Shown: piece after piece, positions 49,618-58,400 of the stretch | How positions within the stretch are numbered: the stretch's first letter is position 1 | How the letters are laid out: each line of letters begins with the position of its first letter | Assembly (NCBI GenBank): GCA_964638155.1 | Contig: CAZWYI010000006.1 | Coordinates: 5,949 to 69,948, forward strand | From: an uncultured Thermoplasmatales archaeon | GTDB lineage: Archaea > Thermoplasmatota > E2 > DHVEG-1 | DNA length: 64,000 nt | Direction: 5' to 3' | Translations under genes and position numbers: made by a program | Notes under the pieces: model-generated | Seen by the model: the letters and a program-made list of their open reading frames with translations, nothing else | What the model was told of the DNA's origin: nothing | Databases searched by the model: none

Positions 49618-50106
49618 ATGATCGATTCAAAAGAATTGGACCCAAATTTCAAATATGAAGTGGCAGCTGAAATGGGTGGTAAAAATATAACCCGATGTTT
49701 TGCCTGTGGAACATGTACAGCTGGCTGCCCAGTTCGTGAAATCGATGAAAAATACAATCCTCGTAAAATAATTAGAATGGTTTTACTTGGAATGCGTGAA
49801 AAAGTCTTGAAAAGTGATTTTATATGGCTATGTTCCACATGTTATACTTGTTATGATCGTTGTCCTCAGGAGGTTCAACTCACCTCTATTATGACTGCAC
49901 TAAAAAATATTGCAGCCCGTGAAGGATATATTCATCCTTCATTTAAGGAACAGGCAAGACTGGTAAAAAAATTTGGAAGGCTTTATGAGGTTGAAGATTT
50001 TGATAATAAAAAAAGAAAGAAACTAGGTTTACCTCCTGTTCAAAAAAATTTTGATGATCTAACAAAAATTCTTAACGATAAACTACCACAGGAGGTGCTT
50101 GGGTGA
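49618..50106 (+). CDS. hdrC: Heterodisulfide reductase subunit C-like, second copy
   Basis: CFACGTCTAGCP and WLCSTCYTCYDRCP. Confidence 0.93.
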   Translation: MIDSKELDPNFKYEVAAEMGGKNITRCFACGTCTAGCPVREIDEKYNPRKIIRMVLLGMREKVLKSDFIWLCSTCYTCYDRCPQEVQLTSIMTALKNIAAREGYIHPSFKEQARLVKKFGRLYEVEDFDNKKRKKLGLPPVQKNFDDLTKILNDKLPQEVLG

Positions 50107-50984
50107 AATATGCCCTTTTTTTGGGTTGTACTATTCCTGTTCGCGCTCAAAACTATGAGATGAGTGCTAGAGAGGTTGCTAAAAAACTTGGAATTGATTT
50201 TGTTGATATACCTGAGTTTTCCTGCTGCGGGTTCCCTGTGAAGTCAAGTAATGCTGAGTCTTCCTTGGTTATAGCTGCAAGAAATCTTGCAATAGCCGCA
50301 AAAAAAGGTGAAAAAATTTGCACATTATGTAATGCATGCACCTCTGTTCTATCTGAAGCAAATAAGGAACTTACTGAAAATAAAGAACTTAGAAAAATGG
50401 TTAATAAGGAACTAGAAAAAATTGATCTTGAGTTTAAAACTGGTGTTGAAATTAAGCATTTTTCTCGTATATTATATGAAGATATAGGTGCTGACAAAAT
50501 AAAGGATAAAATTTCAAAGAATCTAAGTAAACTTAGCATGAGCATTCATTATGGTTGTCATTATTTACGCCCATCGGAGCTGTACGACGGCTTCGATGAT
50601 TGTGAAAATCCAGAATCTGTTGAAAACCTAGTTTCTGTTACCGGTGCAAAAGTATTTGATTATAAAAATAAGTTGGAATGTTGTGGTGGTGCTATTCTTG
50701 GTGTTGAAGAAGATATTGCGTTATCAATGGCAAAAGATAAACTCGATAATATCACAAAAAATAATGTTGATGCATTGGTTACAATTTGTCCATTTTGTAG
50801 TATTATGTATGAAGATAATCAACGAAAAATTGAATCCAAGTATGATGTTGAATATAATCTACCCGTTCTATATTATCCGCAGGTTTTGGGTCTAGCTATG
50901 GGTATAGAACCAAAACCACTTGGTTTTCGTTTAAATAAGATTAAAGCAAAACAAATCCTTGAGAAAGTGGAGGTGGAAATGTGA
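50103..50984 (+). CDS. hdrB: Heterodisulfide reductase subunit B-like, second copy
   Basis: FLGC..CCG..CNAC and HYGCH..CCG..CPFC. Confidence 0.93.
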   Translation: MKYALFLGCTIPVRAQNYEMSAREVAKKLGIDFVDIPEFSCCGFPVKSSNAESSLVIAARNLAIAAKKGEKICTLCNACTSVLSEANKELTENKELRKMVNKELEKIDLEFKTGVEIKHFSRILYEDIGADKIKDKISKNLSKLSMSIHYGCHYLRPSELYDGFDDCENPESVENLVSVTGAKVFDYKNKLECCGGAILGVEEDIALSMAKDKLDNITKNNVDALVTICPFCSIMYEDNQRKIESKYDVEYNLPVLYYPQVLGLAMGIEPKPLGFRLNKIKAKQILEKVEVEM

Positions 50985-53900
50985 GTTCTAAATCTTCAAA
51001 AGTTGGATCTGTTTTAGTAGTCGGTGGTGGCATTGGTGGCATTCAAGCTGCACTTGATTTAGCTAATTCTGGTTTTAAAACATATTTGTTGGACCAAAAA
51101 CCAGCAATAGGCGGTGTAATGGCACAGCTGGATAAAACATTTCCAACAAACGATTGCAGTATGTGTATTATGTCACCAAAACTTGTAGATGTAGGCCGTC
51201 ATCCAAATATTGAACTTATTACCTATGCTGATCTAGTGGATATTAAAGGTAATGCTGGTAATTTTAATGTTAAAATCAAAAAAAGAGCAAGTTATGTAGA
51301 TCCTGATAAATGTACAGGTTGCGGGGAGTGTGAAGATGCATGCCCTGTAATTCTTGATTCAGAGTTTGACGAAGGCTTAGATGATCGCCATGCTATTTAT
51401 AAGATGTATCCACAAGCAGTACCATTAAATTACACTATTGATAAACATGGTGTTCAACCATGTAAAGATGCTTGTCCTGCAGGAGTGGGTGCACCAGGAT
51501 ATGTGGCATTGGTCAGTCAGGGTAAGTTTTATCAGGCTTTACAAGTAATAAAAGAACGACTACCCTTTCCTTCTATTTGTGGTAGAGTATGTCACAGACC
51601 ATGTGAAGAGGCTTGTACTCGTAGTGATATTGATGATCCTATTGGTATAGCTTATCTGAAACGTTTTGTTGGGGATTTAGAATTAAAAATACCTGCTTAT
51701 CAGGTTCCACCTGTTAAAGGAAGAGCAGAAAGCGTAGCAATAGTTGGAGGCGGTCCCTCTGGGCTTACTGCCGCCCATGATTTAGCTCTTAAAGGATACC
51801 ATGTGACAATCTTTGAAGCAGGTCCTGTTCTTGGAGGTATGATGCGTTGGGGTATACCAGCATTTCGCCTGCCAAAAGAAATACTAGAACGAGAAATGTC
51901 AGATATTCTTGCATTAGGCGTAAAAGTGAGACTTAATACTGCTATTGGTAAGGATTTTTCAATTCCTGATTTGTTTAATCTTGGATATGACTCGGTGTTA
52001 ATTGCTGTTGGTGCACAAGTTGGTAAAAAAATGAATATACCTGGTGAAGAACTCGATGGTGTTTATCAGGCTATAGATTTTTTAAAAGAAATAAACCTTG
52101 GTCATATTATTACCACCCCTATTGCAACAGTTGATGAAGATTTATGTATTGGGTGTGGATCATGTGCTCCTGAATGTGTGTATGGAGCTATTCGGTTAAA
52201 AAAAGATAAAAACAATCCTAAGAAAAAATATCCAATTATTCAAAAATATATCTGTAAAGGATGTGGCAAATGTGCAAAAGTTTGCCCTTCGAAGGCCATT
52301 AAACTAACTGGTGTTCGTGATATAACTCCAACGGTTGGTAAAAAAGTTTTAGTAGTTGGAGGAGGAAATGCAGCTCTTGATACTGCTCGATCTGCTATTA
52401 GACTTGGCGGTGAAGATGTAACAATACTGTATCGCCGTTCCAGAATAGAAATGCCTGCTGAGCCTGATTGGGAAATAGATGAAACAGAACGAGAAGGTGT
52501 TAATTTTCAGTATTTAACCTCTCCTGTTGAAATTATTAGTGATAAAAAAGGTAATGCAAAAGCTGTTAAATGCATCAAGATGAGGCTTTTAGATGAAATT
52601 GATAAAAGCGGCAGAAGAAAAATAGACCCAGTTCCTAATTCAGAGTTTACAATTGATGCTGATACTATTATTCTTGCGATAGGTCAAGAAGTAGACACTG
52701 GTTTTCTATCAAGAGATGTTGATTTAGAATACACTCCCTATAGTAGTATAAAAGTTGATTCACTTTCTTTTACTGCTGATCACAAAGGAAAACTTGAATA
52801 TACTCCATGGAGTACTATTAAAATTGACAGAGTAACCCATGAAACAAGTATAAAAGGTGTATTTTCTTCAGGGGATGCTGTATGGGGCGCTGGGACAATT
52901 ATTGAAGCAATTGCTGCAGGTAAAAAAGCAGCTGTTTCAATTGATAGATATTTAAATGGTGAGGATTTAAAAAAGGGAAGAGAAACAAAAAAGCCTGTTG
53001 CAGAGATTTCAACTGAAGGTGTTAAAAAGGAAAAAATGGTTTCTATGCGTTTGCTTCCTTTAGAAGAGAGGGAGAATAATTTCAAAGAAGTAGAACTTGG
53101 TTACTCTGAAGAAGAAGCAATAGAGGAGGCACGTAGATGTCTTAACTGTGGAGGATGTGTTGAATGCTTAGAATGCGTTCGAACCTGTGAAGCAGATGCA
53201 ATAAACCATGATATGAAAGAAAAAGATATTAATTTAGATGTTGGCTCAGTTATTCTTGCACCAGGTTATGAGCTTTTTGATCCTAAAATTAAAAGCGAAT
53301 ATGGATACGGTCGTTTTCCAAATGTTTTAAATAGCCTTGAATTTGAGCGTATTCTCTCTGCATCTGGACCATATCAAGGACATGTGATACGTCCAAGTGA
53401 TAAAAAGGAGCCAAAAAAGGTTGCTTGGATTCAATGTGTAGGAAGCCGGGATAATGCATGCGGTAATAACTATTGTTCTTCTGTATGTTGTACATATGCA
53501 ATTAAAGAAGCAGTAATTGCAAAAGAACACTCCCCTGACATCAAGCCTACTATTTTTTATATGGATATGAGAACCTACGGAAAAGGATTTGAGCGGTATT
53601 ATAATAGAGCTGAAGATGAACATGGTGTTGAATTCATTCGTTGCCGTGTTTCAGCAGTTGAGGAAGATCCAAAGACAAAAAATCTTTTGATAAAATATGA
53701 AACTGAAGATGGAAAATTGAAAACAGAAGAATTTGACATGGTGGTTTTATCCTGTGGACTTTCAGCTCAAGAGAACATGAAAGAAATATCCAAAAAAATT
53801 GGTGTAAAGCTTAACGAGTTTGGTTTCTGTGAAACTCAAGAGTTTGACCCGATTGAAACAACAAAGAAAGGAATTTTTGTATGTGGGGCATTTTCTGGTC

Positions 53901-55711
53901 CAAAGGATATACCAGAAACTGTTATGGAGGCTTCAGGAGCAGCGGCAAAAGCAAGTAGTATTATCTCTTCTGAGAGAAATAAACTAGTTGAAAAGAAAAT
54001 ATATCCTCCGGAGCGTGATGTTTCAGGTGAGGATCCTCGTATAGGTCTGTTTATTTGCCACTGTGGAATAAATATAGGTGCGTATGTCGATGTGCCAAAA
54101 GTTGTAGAATATGCAAAAAATCTTCCTAATGTAGTTTATGCTGAAGAAAATCTGTATACATGCTCTGATGATACACAAAGTAAAATTGTTGAAAAGATAA
54201 AAGAGCATAAACTGAACCGCGTTATTGTTGCCTCTTGTACTCCTCGTACTCATGAGCCGTTATTTCAGGAAACAATCCGTGAAGCTGGCCTTAATCCACA
54301 TTTGTTTGAAATGGCAAACATTCGTGATCAATGCAGTTGGGTTCATATGAAAGAACCAAAAAAGGCTACAGAAAAAGCAAAGAAACTTGTGAAAATGGCT
54401 GTAGCAAAAGCCGCTTTAATTGAGCCTTTACAGACAATTGAAATTGATGTAACTCAGAAAGCTTTGGTTATCGGCGGTGGTCTTGCAGGAATGATTTCTG
54501 CACTTGGTATTGCTGATCAAGGATTTGAAGTATTCTTAGTTGAAAAAGAAAATAAGCTAGGTGGAAACCTACGTAATTTATACTGGACTCTTGAAGAACA
54601 TGATGTACAAGAATACATGAAATCTATTATTAAAAAAGTAGAGAAACATCCAAAGATTAAATTATACAAAAACGCAAAAGTTGACAAAGTAGATGGATAT
54701 ATTGGAAACTATGAGACAACAATAAAAAATGGCTCTGCAAAACTATCCTTTAACCATGGTGTAATTGTTGTCGCAACAGGTGCAGAAGAATCAAAATCCT
54801 CTGAATATTTATATGGTAAAGATAAATGTGTAATAACACAATTAGAACTTGAAAAAAAATTAGCTGAAGATAAGAGTTTTTCTAAAAAGACCATTGCTAT
54901 GATTCAATGTGTCGGAAGTCGTGACGATCAACATCCGTATTGTAGTCGCATATGTTGTAGTGATGCAATTAAAAACGCATTGAAAATAAAAGAAAGACAC
55001 CCTGATTCACAAATATATATTCTTTATCGTGACATGAGAACATATGCTTTCAAAGAAAGCTACTATGAAAAAGCTAGGGAAAAAGGAATAATATTTGTCC
55101 GTTACAGAAAGGATAAAAAACCCGTAGTTAAAAAAGGTAAAAAAGAACTTTTAGTTAATGTTGAAGATATTATTCTTGGGGAGCAATTGATGATTCATGC
55201 GGATCAATTAGTTCTTAGCCCTGCTATTGTTCCAAGAGAAGAAAACATAAAACTTGCCCAAAAACTTAAAGTACCGCTTAATGAAGACAACTTCTTTTTA
55301 GAAGCACATGTTAAACTGAGACCAGTTGATTTTGCAACTGAAGGAATATTTCTTGCAGGTATTGCTCACTCTCCAAAATCAATAAAAGAAACAATTTCTC
55401 AATCCTATGCTGCCGCAGCTCGAGCTCTCAACATTGTTTCAAAGGATAAGTATTATACAGATGCACCAATCGCATGTGTAGATGAAGATCTTTGTAGTGG
55501 ATGCGGGGTTTGTGAAAAAATCTGTCCGTATGGTGCAATTGAGATTAATACTGAAGTAAAAGATGGAGAAGAAGTAAGACTTTCAAAAGTAATCGAAGGG
55601 GTATGTAAAGGCTGCGGGAGCTGTGTATCTGCATGCCCATCAGGTGCTATAGAACAAAAAGGTTTCAGACGTGATCAAATTATATCTATGATAGATGCAG
55701 CAGCTGAATAA
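50981..55711 (+). CDS. hdrA: Large HdrA (HdrL-type): double HdrA with inserted GltD/NfnB-like NAD(P)H module and extra ferredoxin
   Basis: LDKTFPTNDC; insert PCKDACP, CGRVCHRPCE, GGGPSG, GGGNAA, YRR, EARRCL; then QCVGSR, ICHCG, EAHVKLRP, terminal ferredoxin. Confidence 0.92.
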   Translation: MSSKSSKVGSVLVVGGGIGGIQAALDLANSGFKTYLLDQKPAIGGVMAQLDKTFPTNDCSMCIMSPKLVDVGRHPNIELITYADLVDIKGNAGNFNVKIKKRASYVDPDKCTGCGECEDACPVILDSEFDEGLDDRHAIYKMYPQAVPLNYTIDKHGVQPCKDACPAGVGAPGYVALVSQGKFYQALQVIKERLPFPSICGRVCHRPCEEACTRSDIDDPIGIAYLKRFVGDLELKIPAYQVPPVKGRAESVAIVGGGPSGLTAAHDLALKGYHVTIFEAGPVLGGMMRWGIPAFRLPKEILEREMSDILALGVKVRLNTAIGKDFSIPDLFNLGYDSVLIAVGAQVGKKMNIPGEELDGVYQAIDFLKEINLGHIITTPIATVDEDLCIGCGSCAPECVYGAIRLKKDKNNPKKKYPIIQKYICKGCGKCAKVCPSKAIKLTGVRDITPTVGKKVLVVGGGNAALDTARSAIRLGGEDVTILYRRSRIEMPAEPDWEIDETEREGVNFQYLTSPVEIISDKKGNAKAVKCIKMRLLDEIDKSGRRKIDPVPNSEFTIDADTIILAIGQEVDTGFLSRDVDLEYTPYSSIKVDSLSFTADHKGKLEYTPWSTIKIDRVTHETSIKGVFSSGDAVWGAGTIIEAIAAGKKAAVSIDRYLNGEDLKKGRETKKPVAEISTEGVKKEKMVSMRLLPLEERENNFKEVELGYSEEEAIEEARRCLNCGGCVECLECVRTCEADAINHDMKEKDINLDVGSVILAPGYELFDPKIKSEYGYGRFPNVLNSLEFERILSASGPYQGHVIRPSDKKEPKKVAWIQCVGSRDNACGNNYCSSVCCTYAIKEAVIAKEHSPDIKPTIFYMDMRTYGKGFERYYNRAEDEHGVEFIRCRVSAVEEDPKTKNLLIKYETEDGKLKTEEFDMVVLSCGLSAQENMKEISKKIGVKLNEFGFCETQEFDPIETTKKGIFVCGAFSGPKDIPETVMEASGAAAKASSIISSERNKLVEKKIYPPERDVSGEDPRIGLFICHCGINIGAYVDVPKVVEYAKNLPNVVYAEENLYTCSDDTQSKIVEKIKEHKLNRVIVASCTPRTHEPLFQETIREAGLNPHLFEMANIRDQCSWVHMKEPKKATEKAKKLVKMAVAKAALIEPLQTIEIDVTQKALVIGGGLAGMISALGIADQGFEVFLVEKENKLGGNLRNLYWTLEEHDVQEYMKSIIKKVEKHPKIKLYKNAKVDKVDGYIGNYETTIKNGSAKLSFNHGVIVVATGAEESKSSEYLYGKDKCVITQLELEKKLAEDKSFSKKTIAMIQCVGSRDDQHPYCSRICCSDAIKNALKIKERHPDSQIYILYRDMRTYAFKESYYEKAREKGIIFVRYRKDKKPVVKKGKKELLVNVEDIILGEQLMIHADQLVLSPAIVPREENIKLAQKLKVPLNEDNFFLEAHVKLRPVDFATEGIFLAGIAHSPKSIKETISQSYAAAARALNIVSKDKYYTDAPIACVDEDLCSGCGVCEKICPYGAIEINTEVKDGEEVRLSKVIEGVCKGCGSCVSACPSGAIEQKGFRRDQIISMIDAAAE

Positions 55712-55723
55712 ATCCCCTATCTT

Positions 55724-56263
55724 TTATTTATAGATCGAATCACTATGTGAATCCATTGCTACAACTAATGGACCGAATTCTTCTACTTTAAAAATCCAGA
55801 CTGCTTCAGGCATTCCCAGTTCTTCAAGCCAATAAACTGAATTTACTTTTTGAATTCTATCTGCAGCTAGTGCTCCTGCTCCACCAGTATAAGCTGTATA
55901 CACACATGTATGTTTCTCAAGTGCACTAAGGGTCTTTTTCCCCATACCTCCTTTTCCTATTATGATGGGAACATGATATTTTTCAATAAACTTATCTTCA
56001 AAAATCTCCATTCTGCTGCTTGTTGTAGGGCCTGCTGAAACCGCTTTCCATTCACCTTCTTTATCTTTTTTTACCAAAGGTCCACAATGGAATAATGCCA
56101 TCTTTGAAGGATCAAATGAAAGTTTGTCTTTTTCAAGTTCTAACATTTTATGATGTGCTTCGTCTCTTGCAGTAAAAATTTCACCTGTCACATACAAAAT
56201 ATCTCCTTTGCGAAGTTTTTTTATTTTTTCTTTTTCAACAGGTAAGTGAAAATGATATTCCAT
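55724..56263 (-). CDS. Class I fumarate hydratase / tartrate dehydratase beta subunit
   Basis: TARDEAH, HCGP, GPTTSSRM, IGKGG, LGMPEA. Confidence 0.92.
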   Translation of the reverse strand: MEYHFHLPVEKEKIKKLRKGDILYVTGEIFTARDEAHHKMLELEKDKLSFDPSKMALFHCGPLVKKDKEGEWKAVSAGPTTSSRMEIFEDKFIEKYHVPIIIGKGGMGKKTLSALEKHTCVYTAYTGGAGALAADRIQKVNSVYWLEELGMPEAVWIFKVEEFGPLVVAMDSHSDSIYK

Positions 56264-56265
56264 AG

Positions 56266-57135
56266 TTACATCACCTCCCAGGATTTATCAGGATTAATCA
56301 CCATCTGGGCTCTACGATCAGCCCAACATTGTACCACAATTCCTACAGGTAGGCTTGCTGGATGTCGATGTGCTTTTTCAATATGGACATCAAGAACAGT
56401 TGTTTTACCACCAAGACCCATAGGCCCAATACCACTTTCATTTATTCGTTTAATAAGTTCCAGTTCAATATCTGCAATTTTTTTGTCTTTATGACGTTTA
56501 CCAATTGGTCTTAGAAGAGCTTTTTTTCCTAGTTTCATTGCCAAATCAGCTCCTCCTCCAATTCCAATACCAACTACGGTAGGGGGGCATGGATTACCAG
56601 CAGCATTGAGCATTTCTTTAACTACAAAAGATTTAACACCCTCTATTCCAACACCGGGTTTTAACATACCTAGTTTGCTCATATTCTCACTGCCACCGCC
56701 TTTTGGAAATGCAGTGATTTTTACCTTATCTCCTTTAATGAAATTCCATGTAATATAGGGGATAAAGTCTCCTGTATTATCAGAATGATTTTCACCAGAA
56801 AAAAGATCGACTGTATTAGGCCGAAGAGGAATTTCCTTTGTTGCTTTTTTTACAGCATCTGTTATCCACTTTTCAATTTCTGAAATATGTGGAAAATCGA
56901 TTCCAACGTCTATAAAAAAAGTCTGTATCCCTGTATCCTGACACATTGGCCTTTGAGTTTTTTTTGCCAATTCAATATTTTTCAAAATTGTTTTCAGTTG
57001 AACCTTTGCAATACCTTCTTCTTCGGATAAAGCATTTTCTAATGCTTTGATGACATCTTTGGGAAGTTCAGTTTCTGCTTTTTTGATTAATTGTATTATT
57101 CCAATAACAATATTTTCCTTACTCATTATAACCAC
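56266..57135 (-). CDS. Class I fumarate hydratase / tartrate dehydratase alpha subunit
   Basis: PMCQDTG, KGGGSEN, PCPP, GPMGLGG, QCWADR. Confidence 0.92.
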   Translation of the reverse strand: MVIMSKENIVIGIIQLIKKAETELPKDVIKALENALSEEEGIAKVQLKTILKNIELAKKTQRPMCQDTGIQTFFIDVGIDFPHISEIEKWITDAVKKATKEIPLRPNTVDLFSGENHSDNTGDFIPYITWNFIKGDKVKITAFPKGGGSENMSKLGMLKPGVGIEGVKSFVVKEMLNAAGNPCPPTVVGIGIGGGADLAMKLGKKALLRPIGKRHKDKKIADIELELIKRINESGIGPMGLGGKTTVLDVHIEKAHRHPASLPVGIVVQCWADRRAQMVINPDKSWEVM

Positions 57136-57347
57136 ATCGATAACAATTTTTCTTTTTTCTAGTTTTTTGCATATCTCCAGCTCAAATAACTATTAGGAAA
57201 AAAAGAGAGGGTTTAATAAATCAATCGTATTATAACAAAAAAATTAAATAAAATATATTATTTGATTTATACCTGAAGGATTTTTATGAAGAAAATGAAT
57301 GCAAATTTTTTTAAAAAAAAACAAAAACTGGTTTTGAGGAATAATAT

Positions 57348-57788
57348 ATGAAAGGAGAACCTGTTAAATATAAATACAATACAAATCTTGAATGGACATC
57401 AGAAAAAAAAGGTATAATTAGATCCAAAAATAAACCTGATATAAAAGTTGCATGCCCTCCAGAGTTTGGCGGACATCCGGGTATATGGTCACCTGAAGAT
57501 CTCTTTGTAGGTTCAGTAGAAGTATGTATGCTCACAACTTTTCTATGGTATATAAAAAAAGAAGATATTAAAATAAAATCATATAAAAGTAAAGCTGAGG
57601 GAACTGTAGAGATGATTGGCGGTGTTTTCAAGTTTAGTTTAATAAATGTTAAAATGAAAATTAAACTAACTAATGAAAAAGATCATAGAACTATTGAAAA
57701 AATATTAAAAAAAGTAAAACGTGCTTGTCTGATTAGTAATTCTATAGAGACCGAAGTAACTGTTACTCCAGAAATAATTATTTCTTGA
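57348..57788 (+). CDS. OsmC/Ohr-family peroxiredoxin-like protein
   Basis: PPEFGG..WSPEDL..C and ACLISNS two-Cys signature. Confidence 0.88.
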   Translation: MKGEPVKYKYNTNLEWTSEKKGIIRSKNKPDIKVACPPEFGGHPGIWSPEDLFVGSVEVCMLTTFLWYIKKEDIKIKSYKSKAEGTVEMIGGVFKFSLINVKMKIKLTNEKDHRTIEKILKKVKRACLISNSIETEVTVTPEIIIS

Positions 57789-57865
57789 TATTTTATAACA
57801 TAAAATTAATAAACCTATTCTAAATTATTCTGGATAAAATAAGGATTATTTGAGGGAGAATAATA

Positions 57866-58300
57866 ATGGTTAAAATAGATGATTATGAACTGCCTGATGA
57901 TTTATATTATCATGATGATCATGCATGGGCGAAGGTTGAATCCGATGGAACAGTAACTGTTGGTATGAACGATTTTTATCAAAAAAGCGCAGGTGACACA
58001 ACATATATAGATTTACCTTTTGAAGGAGATGATATAGAGCAGGGTGAAACAGTTGGCAAAATACAATCTGCTAAATGGGTAGGTAAATTTGTAACTCCTG
58101 TATCTGGTGAAATAATTGAAGTAAATGAAGAGTTAGAGGATGATGCAACTCTTTTAAATAAAAATCCTTATGAAGAAGGTTGGATTATGAAGGTAGAACC
58201 ATCTGATCTTGATAGTGATCTTGAAAACCTTGTAACTGGTGAAAAAATTAAACCATGGATTAAAAAAGAAATAGAAGATGCTGAAAAAAAGAAGAAATAA
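57866..58300 (+). CDS. gcvH: Stand-alone lipoyl-carrier protein (GcvH/LbpA family)
   Basis: LYY..H.W, QSAKWVG lipoyl-Lys, PVSG.I.EVN, NPY..GW. Confidence 0.92.
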   Translation: MVKIDDYELPDDLYYHDDHAWAKVESDGTVTVGMNDFYQKSAGDTTYIDLPFEGDDIEQGETVGKIQSAKWVGKFVTPVSGEIIEVNEELEDDATLLNKNPYEEGWIMKVEPSDLDSDLENLVTGEKIKPWIKKEIEDAEKKKK

Positions 58301-58400
58301 TTTTTTCCCTCTAATTTTTATAGATTATCGAATTTCAATACTCGCTGTGTTTTATGCTTAAAGATTTATTTGTAATATTTAAAAAATGGTTGTGATTTGA

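Noticed and set aside
38073..55711. Methanogenesis or selenocysteine recoding
   Set aside because: No mcr/mtr/fwd in the window; Hdr and Mvh ORFs are uninterrupted with Cys at the usual Sec positions
57286..57351. 21-codon ORF MKKMNANFFKKKQKLVLRNNI overlapping the osmC start
   Set aside because: Low-complexity A/T runs and weak SD; easily arises by chance
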